The notes beneath the pieces were generated by a model. That model saw nothing but the letters and a program-made list of their open reading frames with translations. It had not been told where the DNA came from and ran no database searches. Positions 28,534 to 38,000 of a stretch of DNA of 64,000 bases are shown in pieces; position 1 is the stretch's first letter, and every line of letters starts with the position of its first letter. The translations under genes were made by a program, and so were the position numbers. Source of the stretch: an uncultured Oleispira sp. (GTDB taxonomy: Bacteria > Pseudomonadota > Gammaproteobacteria > Pseudomonadales > Oceanobacteraceae). Location: NCBI GenBank assembly GCA_964022115.1, contig CAXIBC010000005.1, forward strand, positions 686 to 64,685, given 5' to 3'.

Positions 28534-28546
28534 TGGAGTAGTTGTA

Positions 28547-29065
28547 ATGAGACGCCATAAAAGAATAAAACAAGAGGCGGATCTCGATATTACTTCCTTC
28601 ATGAATTTAATGATCGTACTGGTGCCTGTGCTATTACTGAATATGGTATTTGCACAAACAGCGGTATTGGATCTTAAATTACCATTAGGGGATTCTGTCG
28701 GGGGCGCTAACCCTGAAGATGTATCTGTAGAAGTTACTATTCGTACCACCGGTATGCAGGTGGTTGTGGCCGCTGGAGGCGCATCACGCTTAGTGGGTGA
28801 TATTCCAAAAGTAAATCAGATTCATAATTATAAAAAGTTATCCGAAGTATTACAGCAAGTTAAAAAAGGTTTTCCTGATAAGAAAGACGTCGTTCTATTA
28901 TCAAGCCCAGAGGTGAATTATCAGACCTTGGTTGAGGTTATGGATACAGCGCGAACCTTTGAAACTGTGGTAGCAGCCTCTGTCGTTGATGCAGTACTGT
29001 TCCCTGAAGTCTCACTTGGCGATGCGGTAGCGCTTGCACAAGCAACTGCGGAGGGTGCGCTATGA
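28547..29065 (+). CDS. exbD: ExbD/TolR-family protein (copy 1)
   Basis: N-terminal DITSFMNLMIVLVPVLLL, with the conserved Asp just ahead of the TM segment. Periplasmic alpha/beta domain. Follows exbB. Confidence 0.88.
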   Translation: MRRHKRIKQEADLDITSFMNLMIVLVPVLLLNMVFAQTAVLDLKLPLGDSVGGANPEDVSVEVTIRTTGMQVVVAAGGASRLVGDIPKVNQIHNYKKLSEVLQQVKKGFPDKKDVVLLSSPEVNYQTLVEVMDTARTFETVVAASVVDAVLFPEVSLGDAVALAQATAEGAL

Positions 29066-29559
29066 AAATGTCAAAGCGTGCTAAACGCATGAAGCGTAAT
29101 CATAAGCGTAATGCGCAAAAGTCGGCTTTAAACCTCACGGCTTTGATGGATATCTTTACCATTTTGGTTTTCTTTTTGATGTTGAATCAAAATGATTCTG
29201 AAGTGCAAAATAACGATGCGATTCAGTTGCCAAAATCCATTGCGGCCAATGAACTAAAAGATACGGTGCGGATTTTAGTCACTAAAGATGATGTGCTGGT
29301 TCAAGGTCGTCCCGTTATTAAAATGGCAGCGGTTTCGAGTATGGAAGGCGAAATTATTCCTGCTTTGAAAAAAGAGCTGGATTATTTAGCCATACGATCT
29401 CCTTTGCCTCTTGAGCTAAAAGAATTAGGGCGACCTATTACTATTATGGGTGATAAGGATACGCCGTATGCTGTGCTTAAGCGGATTATGGATACCTGTG
29501 CGAAAGCCGAATTTAATAATATCTCTCTGGCGGTCAGTCAAAAAGGGGAGGCTAGTTAA
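29062..29559 (+). CDS. exbD: ExbD/TolR-family protein (copy 2)
   Basis: LNLTALMDIFTILVFFLML, ExbD-like size. ATGA overlap with copy 1. Confidence 0.88.
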   Translation: MKMSKRAKRMKRNHKRNAQKSALNLTALMDIFTILVFFLMLNQNDSEVQNNDAIQLPKSIAANELKDTVRILVTKDDVLVQGRPVIKMAAVSSMEGEIIPALKKELDYLAIRSPLPLELKELGRPITIMGDKDTPYAVLKRIMDTCAKAEFNNISLAVSQKGEAS

Positions 29560-29561
29560 TC

Positions 29562-30509
29562 ATGTCGACCCTAATGATGAATGCCCCTGAGTTACCTTGG
29601 AACGATTCGGATCAGAAAAGCTTTCGCATTATTCTAGTATTGTTTCTCGTTTTCGTGATGGTGGTAGGTTTTGTTGTGCCTAATATTACCTTGCCAGAAA
29701 TTGAGCGTACGGAATTAGAGAAGGTACCTGCTTCGTTGGCTAAGGTGATTAAACGTAAAAAACTTGAACAGCCTAAGCCAAAACCCAAACCGATTAAGCA
29801 AAAGGAAGTAAAAAAACCTGAGCCGAAGAAGGTAGAGGAAAAACCCAAGCCTAAACCTAAGCCAAAACCTAAGCCCAAGCCCAAGCCAAAACCTAAAAAG
29901 GATGTGCCTAAGGAAAAGCGGGTACAAGCCAAGGCGAAAGCAAAAAAGGCGTTTGGTAATGATGCGTTAAAGGCACTGAGTAGTATTAAATCAACGGTAC
30001 CCATTGCTGCGTTAAGCACTTCTAGTAAAGGCTTATCGAATAGCGGAAGTCAGGCGACTAAGGTTGGCTCGGTCATCGATCGTAACGCTGTGGGGCGTGG
30101 ATCGGGTGGTGTCAGTATTGCGGCGTTAACGACAGCGACTGTTGGTGAGGATTTGTCTGCCCGAGATGTCACTGCGGTTGAGCTAAGTAATGAAGAGATT
30201 GCTATTGAGCAGACGGGACGCAGCCGATCGCAAGAAGAACTACGCTTGGTATTCGAACAGCACAAATCTGCTTTTGATCGCTTATATCGTAAGGCATTAC
30301 GGAAAAATGCCGCACTGGAAGGCAGTGTCACCTTAAAGCTTGAAATCCAACCAAGTGGTAAGGTTTCTAGTTGTAAGGTCAGTAGTGATGAGCTCAAGGA
30401 TGCAAGGCTGCAAAAACGTTTGGCGTCACGTTGTCGCTTAATTGCCTTTGCTGACAAAGCGAATGTTGATATTACGACGGTTGAATTTCCAATCCGGTTT
30501 ATTCCTTAA
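29562..30509 (+). CDS. TonB-like energy transducer (N-terminal TM, Lys/Pro-rich spacer, TonB/AgmX-PglI-like C-terminal domain)
   Basis: TM segment FRIILVLFLVFVMVVGFVV. (KP)n spacer. The C-terminal ~90 aa read ...FDRLYRKALRKNAALEGSVTLKLEIQPSGKVSSCKV...VEFPIRF, with the beta-alpha-beta pattern of TonB C-terminal domains. Confidence 0.75.
   Translation: MSTLMMNAPELPWNDSDQKSFRIILVLFLVFVMVVGFVVPNITLPEIERTELEKVPASLAKVIKRKKLEQPKPKPKPIKQKEVKKPEPKKVEEKPKPKPKPKPKPKPKPKPKKDVPKEKRVQAKAKAKKAFGNDALKALSSIKSTVPIAALSTSSKGLSNSGSQATKVGSVIDRNAVGRGSGGVSIAALTTATVGEDLSARDVTAVELSNEEIAIEQTGRSRSQEELRLVFEQHKSAFDRLYRKALRKNAALEGSVTLKLEIQPSGKVSSCKVSSDELKDARLQKRLASRCRLIAFADKANVDITTVEFPIRFIP
29771..29899 (+). repeat. Lys-Pro dipeptide repeat region (aaR-ccN hexanucleotide repeats) of the TonB-like gene
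   Basis: QPKPKPKPIK ... EKPKPKPKPKPKPKPKPKPKK, read directly. It generates spurious long ORFs on the opposite strand. Confidence 0.95.
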
Positions 30510-30534
30510 TGGTATATTTTTAATATTGATGCAT

Positions 30535-30559
30535 AGCCACCTTAGGGTGGCTTTTTTTA
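30535..30559 (+). terminator. Rho-independent terminator ending the TPR/ExbBD/TonB-like cluster
   Basis: agccacc (30535-30541), loop ttag, ggtggct (30546-30552), then ttttttt. Confidence 0.85.
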
Positions 30560-30607
30560 TGCTTTGAATCTGTATTACACTCATATTCTCATTAAGGAGG
30601 TTTTGAT

Positions 30608-31531
30608 ATGAGGGTATGTTTTCTGTTGTGCCTGCTATTGCTGAGTCATACGGTCTTTTCTGCAGAGTTATACCGTTATCAGGATGCGGATGGACGCTGG
30701 GTATTTGGTGATAAAAAGTCACTAGGCAGTCAAGCTGATGGCAGTCAGATGGCTGAAAAAATCATCATCTCAGATGCACGAGTCAAAGCCCGCAAACCTA
30801 TGTTGTTCAAAGAACATGATTCAACGGTTCAGCAGGGTGTTCGCTGGCAGTGGCGTTTAACTAATCCTCTGCCTGTCACCATTCAGCATTGGTTGCTATT
30901 AAAAGAAAAGAAACAACTTTTAACCTCGGTCATGGCTAAACCTTTTGAAGAGGTGATTTTAAAACCTAGCGATTTTTCTATTGATGATATTCACCAAGTA
31001 ATAGAGCATGTTTATGTCTTAGGTGAGCTGATTGAAAAACCCAGTATGCAAGTTATTCCACCGCCGTTCTTAACCGCAAAGCGCTTTCGAATTAGCCAAG
31101 GCTTCAATGGTCAATATAGCCATTCGGGTCAGGGAAACCGCTTTGCGGTTGATCTTGCGATGGCGATTGGTGAATCTGTTACGGCTGTAAGGTCTGGAAT
31201 TATTGCCGATGCTCGGGATGATTTTTCTATCGGTGGGGCGGCGGAATATTTTTTAGATAAAGCCAATCATGTCACTGTGATGCATGAAGATGGCAGCTAT
31301 GCCGTATATGCGCATATTTTATATGGCAGTTTGGAGGTTGAGGTCGGAGACCGTATTGAGCAAGGTCAGGTATTAGCGCGTATAGGTAATACAGGGTATT
31401 CGACCGGGCCTCATTTACATTTTGTTTTGCGCTACAACTCGGGAAAAGGGGGGTATTCTATTCCGTTTAAATTTGAAACGGATAATGGTATTCAAGCGCC
31501 TGTAGAAGGACAGTTTATTCAGTTTAATTGA
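30608..31531 (+). CDS. M23-family metallopeptidase with an N-terminal DUF4124-like segment
   Basis: Signal peptide. ELYRYQDADGRWVFGD (DUF4124-type). M23 zinc ligands HSGQGNRFAVD and GNTGYSTGPHLHF. Confidence 0.85.
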   Translation: MRVCFLLCLLLLSHTVFSAELYRYQDADGRWVFGDKKSLGSQADGSQMAEKIIISDARVKARKPMLFKEHDSTVQQGVRWQWRLTNPLPVTIQHWLLLKEKKQLLTSVMAKPFEEVILKPSDFSIDDIHQVIEHVYVLGELIEKPSMQVIPPPFLTAKRFRISQGFNGQYSHSGQGNRFAVDLAMAIGESVTAVRSGIIADARDDFSIGGAAEYFLDKANHVTVMHEDGSYAVYAHILYGSLEVEVGDRIEQGQVLARIGNTGYSTGPHLHFVLRYNSGKGGYSIPFKFETDNGIQAPVEGQFIQFN

Positions 31532-31563
31532 AGTATTTTCAACTCGGCCATCAAGCTGGATGT

Positions 31564-32028
31564 TTAGTAGGTGGCTAAGTCGGCGGCTTCAACCGTCATG
31601 CTTTGGGTTGGGGCCATGACTTTAGCGGTGCCAAGGACCACAGCTTTACCGTCTTGATTAATAACTTCACAAGATAAGGTTACGATAGGTTTCTCCGTAT
31701 GTTTCTCGATGGCCGTTAATACCACGGATAATTGATCGCCAATGCAAACGGGACGTTTAAATTGCAAATCTTGAGAAAGATAAATTGTGCCGGGCCCAGG
31801 CAGGTCCATGGCTAATGCGGCGGAAATTAAGCCGCCGGTAAACATGCCATGGGCAATACGTTGTTTAAATGGGGTGGTTGCCGCATATTCATGATCTAGG
31901 TGCAGCGGATTTAAGTCACCACTTGCACGAGCAAATAATAATAAATCCTCTTCTGTAACCGTATGCTTACGGTTACAGAAATCGCCGATATTGATGGAAT
32001 CAAAAGGGCGATTAGTTATTTGTGACAT
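31564..32028 (-). CDS. MaoC-like (R)-specific enoyl-CoA hydratase / hot-dog fold dehydratase
   Basis: 154 aa. FARASGDLNPLHLDHEYA and RIAHGMF are the MaoC dehydratase signature. Confidence 0.85.
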   Translation of the reverse strand: MSQITNRPFDSINIGDFCNRKHTVTEEDLLLFARASGDLNPLHLDHEYAATTPFKQRIAHGMFTGGLISAALAMDLPGPGTIYLSQDLQFKRPVCIGDQLSVVLTAIEKHTEKPIVTLSCEVINQDGKAVVLGTAKVMAPTQSMTVEAADLATY

Positions 32029-32052
32029 TATACTTCCTTGTTAATGTTTGTA

Positions 32053-32961
32053 TTATTTCAGCTGTTGATTGATCCAGGATTCGATATCTTGATAAACCTG
32101 TTGCTTACAAATCTCGTTCAACATTTCATGACGGCCATCTTTATATAGGTTAATTGTGACATTGTCATGACCCGTTTGTCGTAATTGCTTAGCCAGTGCC
32201 GGAATGCCTTTGCCCATTCTACCAACGGGGTCTTTATCGCCGCCGAATAAATATAGGGGTAAATCGTGTGGGATTTTAGCGAGTTGTTTTCGGTCACTGA
32301 TTTCTATTAAGCCGGTTAATAACTGCTGCCATGTTTCTGGGCTACAAGGAAAACCACAGAGTGGGTCATTGATATATTTGTCGACCTCTTTAGGGTCGCG
32401 GCTTAACCAATCGAAGTCGGTGCGGTTGGGTTTGAAGTGATTATTAAAAGAAGCGAAAGACAGCTTATCCATGGTGAGTGATGGCTTATCTAAACCAATG
32501 CGTAGGCTTTCAATCTTAGCTACGATTCTGCCTGCATAATACATGAAGGGGTGTTGATAGTTGCTGCCGGATAAAATAAGGCCCGCCAAGGATTGGCCAT
32601 AACGAATGGCAAAGCCTTGAGCAATAAAAGACCCCATGCTATGGCCAAATAAGAACAGAGGTAGCGTTTTGTCTTCTATTACGGCATCTTGAATACCTTT
32701 AATGTCCTCAATAGTTTTTAGCCAGCCATCTTGGTCTGCGTAATGCCCTAATACTTCGTTTTGTCCATGACCTCTGTGGTTATGACAGATAATATGAAAC
32801 CCTTGATTCGCCAATGATTCAGCAAATGATTGATAGCGATCGATATGCTCTGCCATGCCGTGACAAATATGTATATACGCTTTTGCCTGAGGTGGGGTCC
32901 AAGTGCTGACCTTGATGCTGCGACCATCTTGAGTTGTGATGGTGGTTGATTCTCTGTTCAT
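32053..32961 (-). CDS. Alpha/beta hydrolase (lysophospholipase / monoacylglycerol lipase-like)
   Basis: HGMAEH, nucleophile elbow GHSMGS, C-terminal GDKDPV ... GRHE (Asp/His of the triad). Confidence 0.8.
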   Translation of the reverse strand: MNRESTTITTQDGRSIKVSTWTPPQAKAYIHICHGMAEHIDRYQSFAESLANQGFHIICHNHRGHGQNEVLGHYADQDGWLKTIEDIKGIQDAVIEDKTLPLFLFGHSMGSFIAQGFAIRYGQSLAGLILSGSNYQHPFMYYAGRIVAKIESLRIGLDKPSLTMDKLSFASFNNHFKPNRTDFDWLSRDPKEVDKYINDPLCGFPCSPETWQQLLTGLIEISDRKQLAKIPHDLPLYLFGGDKDPVGRMGKGIPALAKQLRQTGHDNVTINLYKDGRHEMLNEICKQQVYQDIESWINQQLK

Positions 32962-33196
32962 GTATTGACCATTTTTTTTAGAAGTTATCTATCGGTTCTT
33001 TTCTAATGCCTAGATTACTGCTATTTCACTTATTTTTGTATGTTTTAGCCCTGCTTTTTTGCTCGAACTGGGAAAAACTGGTAGTCTGCTCGCAATATTT
33101 TTAAGCAAATTGAGCTAGGGTTCTCATAAGATTCTAGCTGTTAATGATAAAGACATAGTCAGTATAAATACCGTACAGGCTTAATTGGGAGTTGAT

Positions 33197-34876
33197 ATGA
33201 ACGAAACATTTTTCCAGGATAATTATCCTGCGGGACTGACCAAGACAATTGATACAAATAAATATCAGTCAGTGATCGAAGTTTTTAATGGTTTTGTGGC
33301 TGAGTATGCGGATAGACCGGCTTTTACTTGCCTTGGTCAAACAATGACCTATGCTGAGCTTGAAGCTAAAAGTGCTGATTTTGCAGCCTATCTGCAAAAT
33401 GAGACTGGCTTAAAAGCAGGTGATCGTATTGCTGTTCAGCTACCCAATGTTCTTCAGTATCCCATCGTGGTATTTGGTGCAATGCGTGCAGGTATGACGG
33501 TGGTTAATACCAACCCTTTATATACCGAACGTGAAATGGAGCATCAATTTAACGATTCTGGTGCTAAAGCTTTGGTTGTATTGGCGAATATGGCAGCAAA
33601 AGCTGAGCGTATTTTAGCCAATACGTCGATCGAGACGGTTATCGTCACCGAAGTCGGTGATATGCACAAAACGGTTAAGCGCGTATTGATTAACAGCGTA
33701 TTGAAATATGTTAAAAAAGAAGTCGAAACGTTCAATATTGCGGGTGCGGTACCTTTGCGTAAGGCGTTAAGTCTAGGTCAGGGTAAGTCCTTTACCACCC
33801 CAGAAATGAAACAAGATGATGTTGCTGTTCTGCAATATACCGGGGGGACTACCGGTGTAGCAAAAGGCGCTATGCTTACTCATGGCAATCTTATTGCTAA
33901 TATGTTGCAGTGTCGTGGGCTATTCTCTATGGCATTGGATCAAGGTCAAGAAACTGCGATTGCACCACTGCCTTTGTATCACATTTACGCTTTTACTGTG
34001 CACTGTATGGTATTACTGGAAACGGGTAATCATAGCGTATTAATTCCAAACCCACGTGATATTCCTGGTTTTATCAAGGTATTGCAAAATACTAAGTTCT
34101 CGTGCTTTGTTGGTTTAAATACCTTGTTTGTTGCTTTGTGCAATCAGCCACTTTTCAAACAACTCGATTTTAGTGGTCTTAAACTCACCATTTCGGGTGG
34201 TATGGCTCTGACTAAAAGCGCGGCTGATCAATGGAAAGAAGTTACTAAGACTGACATTGCAGAAGGTTTTGGTATGACGGAAACTTCGCCCGTGGTTTCT
34301 TTTAACCCTCCGGGTTACATTAAGCTGGGTACTATTGGTCTTCCTGTTGCTAGTACTAACTGTAAAGTCATTGATGATAATGGTAATGAGCTACCGTTAG
34401 GTGAAGCGGGTGAATTGTGCGTTAAAGGTCCGCAGGTAATGAAGGGTTATTGGCAGCGTCCGGAAGCGACTGCTGAAACCATTACAACCGATGGTTGGTT
34501 AAAAACCGGTGATGTCGCGGTGATTACTGAAGACGGTTATATGAAAATTGTTGATCGTAAAAAAGATATGATTATCGTTTCAGGCTTCAATGTTTACCCT
34601 AACGAAGTTGAAGATGAAATCGCTGCTCATCCGGATGTTATTGAAGTAGCCGCAATTGGTGTGCCTGATGATAAAAGCTCTGAAGCAGTTAAGGTTTTTG
34701 TTGTTACAAACAATAAAAACTTAACGGCCGCGGACATTAAAACTTGGGCTCGTGATCGTTTAACGGCTTATAAAATACCTAAGCATGTTGAGTTTCGTGA
34801 TGAATTGCCAAAAACCAACGTTGGTAAGATTTTACGTCGTGAATTGCGTGACGAAGAAATCGCCAAGTCTAACTAA
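33197..34876 (+). CDS. fadD: Long-chain-fatty-acid--CoA ligase
   Basis: AMP-binding motif LQYTGGTTGVAKGAMLTH, then GFGMTE, GWLKTGD and KTNVGKILRREL. ATG at 33197 with a GGAG RBS; the track ORF begins 12 nt earlier. Confidence 0.9.
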   Translation: MNETFFQDNYPAGLTKTIDTNKYQSVIEVFNGFVAEYADRPAFTCLGQTMTYAELEAKSADFAAYLQNETGLKAGDRIAVQLPNVLQYPIVVFGAMRAGMTVVNTNPLYTEREMEHQFNDSGAKALVVLANMAAKAERILANTSIETVIVTEVGDMHKTVKRVLINSVLKYVKKEVETFNIAGAVPLRKALSLGQGKSFTTPEMKQDDVAVLQYTGGTTGVAKGAMLTHGNLIANMLQCRGLFSMALDQGQETAIAPLPLYHIYAFTVHCMVLLETGNHSVLIPNPRDIPGFIKVLQNTKFSCFVGLNTLFVALCNQPLFKQLDFSGLKLTISGGMALTKSAADQWKEVTKTDIAEGFGMTETSPVVSFNPPGYIKLGTIGLPVASTNCKVIDDNGNELPLGEAGELCVKGPQVMKGYWQRPEATAETITTDGWLKTGDVAVITEDGYMKIVDRKKDMIIVSGFNVYPNEVEDEIAAHPDVIEVAAIGVPDDKSSEAVKVFVVTNNKNLTAADIKTWARDRLTAYKIPKHVEFRDELPKTNVGKILRRELRDEEIAKSN

Positions 34877-34920
34877 TATTGTCTGCCTAGGCTGAAGCCG
34901 AGTTAACAATTTGTTAGAAT

Positions 34921-34950
34921 AACGCCCCGCTAGTAGCGGGGCGTTTTTGT
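34921..34950 (+). terminator. Rho-independent terminator after fadD
   Basis: aacgccccgc (34921-34930), loop tagta, gcggggcgtt (34936-34945), then tttgt. Confidence 0.88.
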
Positions 34951-35003
34951 TTCTGCCTAAGCGGTTTTTAATCTATTGTAATTAATGAATTATTGGGTTT
35001 GAT

Positions 35004-38000
35004 GTGAGTCAGAATAACGAGCTTGATCGTCAGGCGCTTAAACAGGCCGTGCAGCAGTGTTTAGCAAAAGATAAATTTCGTTTTAATCGAGATTTGCAAA
35101 CGATATTTAGTCTAGTGCAGCAAGGGAAGCCCGTTGATAAAAAATTGGCTAAACTATTAGCGGCTATTGAACGCAGTCAGCGCGCGCTGGCATTACGTCA
35201 AACACAGCTAAAGTTAGATTATCCTGAATCATTGCCTGTTAGCCAAAAGCGTGAAGCGATTTTAACCGCATTACGCGAAAACCAAGTGATTATTATTGCG
35301 GGTGAAACTGGCTCTGGTAAAACGACTCAACTGCCTAAGCTGTGCTTGGAATTAGGTTTGGGTCAAGCAGGTACGATTGCTCATACACAGCCAAGACGCT
35401 TAGCCGCAAGATCCGTTGCCAATCGGATTGCGCAAGAACTTGAAGTGGAAATGGGGCAAGAAGTGGGTTGCCAAGTTCGCTTTAGTGATCAAACATCCGA
35501 GCGCACTCGGGTTAAGTTAATGACCGACGGGATATTATTAGCACAAACCCAGCATGATAAATTCTTGTCAGAGTACGACTGCATTATTATTGATGAAGCT
35601 CATGAACGCAGTCTTAATATTGATTTTCTGCTCGGATTCCTCAAGCAACTTTTGCCCCGTCGCCCAGATCTAAAGGTCGTGATTACCTCAGCTACCATCG
35701 ATCTTCAGCGCTTTAGTGATCATTTTGATCAAGCCCCGGTGATCGAAGTATCCGGGCGAACCTTTCCGGTAGAAGATCGCTTCCGGCCACTGGTTCGTGA
35801 AAGTGAAGACGATACCGATTTGACTCTACAAGAAGGGATTTTACACGGATTACAGGAACTAGCTGAACAAGATCGCATTAACCAACAAGCTGGGGATGTA
35901 CTGGTATTTTTGCCCGGTGAGCGTGAAATTCGAGAGTGTGCAGAATATTTACGTAAGGTGATTGTTAATGATCGTAGCTTGCGCAATAGTCAAATTTTAC
36001 CGCTTTATGCCCGTTTAAGTGTCAGTGAGCAAGGTAAAATATTTACTGAGTCGGTTGGTCGTAGGATTATTCTTGCAACGAACGTCGCAGAGACGTCTTT
36101 AACGGTTCCAGGCATTCGTTATGTGATTGATTCGGGTGTGGCGCGCATTAGTCGCTACAGCTATCGTTCAAAAGTGCAGCGTTTACCGATCGAAGCGATT
36201 TCTCAAGCCAGTGCAAACCAACGTCGTGGTCGTTGTGGCCGTGTAGCTGATGGTATTTGCATTCGATTATTCTCAGAAGAAGATTTTCTTTCCCGTCCAG
36301 AGTTTACCGAGCCCGAGATTCAACGTACCAATCTTGCGGCGGTGATCTTACAAATGATTTCACTGAAGTTGGGTGATATTCATCAGTTTCCGTTTGTTGA
36401 TGCTCCTGATGCACGCTTTATTAAAGATGGTTTTAACCTGCTACAAGAATTAGAAGCCGTCAGCTCCAGTGGCAAAGAAGCTCGCTTTACCTTGACCGAT
36501 CTTGGTCGCCAGATGTCTCGTTTACCGGTGGAACCAAGAATCTCACGGATGCTATTACAAGCTAAAAAACAGCATGCGTTGCGGGAAGTATTAATCATCG
36601 CGGCGGCCTTAAGTGTGCAAGACCCTAGAGAGCGGCCAGCGGATAAAAAACAAGCGGCAGACCAAAAACATAAAGAGCTGGCTCATGAAGAGTCGGACTT
36701 TTTATCTTATGTGAATCTTTGGGATGCATTTGAAGAGCAAAGGCAAGCGTTAAGCAATTCGCAATTACGCAAGTGGTGTCAAAAACACTTTATTAATTAT
36801 ATGCGAATGCGTGAGTGGCGAGATATTCATAAGCAACTTAGTATTTTATGTCGAGAAATGGACTTTAAGTTTAATACTGAAGCTGCAAGTTATGAGAACG
36901 TACACAAATCGTTATTAGCAGGATTGCTAAGCCACATTGCACAGAAAGAAGAGGGGGCTGAATATTTAGGGGCTCGTCAACGTAAGTTGCAGATATTCCC
37001 CGCGTCTGGCCTGTATAAAAAGCGCCCGAAGTGGATTGTCGCAGCCGAGCTTATGGAGACTTCACGCTTGTATGCGAGAACGGTTGCTAAAATTGATCCT
37101 CAGTGGTTGGAACAATTAGCGAAACCTTTATTACGCAAAAGTTATTTTGAGCCTCATTGGAGTAAAAAACGCGGGCAGGTGATTGCTTATGAGCAAACCA
37201 GCTTGTATGGGTTAATAATAAACCCTAAGCGGGCGATTGATTATAGTCGTATTAAAATGGCCGAGGCGCGCAATTTATTTATCCTGCAGGGGTTGGTTGC
37301 AAACAACATTGACCTGAACGCGAAATTTTTTCAGCATAATATTTCTTTGATCGCTGAGCTTGCCGAGCTCGAGGAAAAAACTCGTACTCGCAGTTATGTG
37401 GTAGAAGACGCAGTTGTGGGCCATTTCTACGATGAGCATATTCCTACCGATGTTGCTTCGGTTATCAGTTTGCGGGCTTGGTTGAAAAAAGAGAAAAGTG
37501 AAGAAGAAAAACTTTATCTCACAAAAGAATATTTATTAAAACAAAGTGAAGACAGTGTTACCGATGCGCTCTATCCGAGTTACTTCAGCTATCAAGGTAT
37601 AAGCTTTCCATTATCTTACGCGTTTTCTCCTGGGGCAAAAGATGATGGGGTATCGATGACGGTTCCTGCCTCGGTACTGGGTCAAATATCGGTTGATCAG
37701 GCCGATTGGTTAGTCCCTGGTTTCATTAAAGATAAATGTATTGCCCTGTTAAAAGGCTTAGCCAAACCCATTCGCAAACAGTTGGTGCCTGTGCCGAATA
37801 CCGTGGATGAATTTTTGCGTACCGCTCACCCTAATGAGGGTGGATTATTTCCGCAGTTGATTCAATTTTTATACGCGAATTATCGCATTAAAATTGAACT
37901 AGAAACGTTAAGGGATATTCCTCTTGATGATCATTTTAAAATGAATTATCAGGTGGTTGATGATGAAAAGATTGTTGGTCAAGGGCGTGACCTTAGTCAG

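Noticed and set aside
29612-30457. Minus-strand ORFs (135, 70 and 135 aa) inside the TonB-like gene
   Set aside because: They are generated by the KP repeat (reverse-translated as GLG/FGL runs) and by the Ser/Ala-rich region. The plus-strand frame has a coherent TonB-like architecture.
33076-33090. A FadR operator upstream of fadD (aactggtagtctgct)
   Set aside because: Only the CTGGT half-site is present and the second, palindromic half (ACCAG) is missing. It is also unclear whether this lineage uses an E. coli-type FadR.
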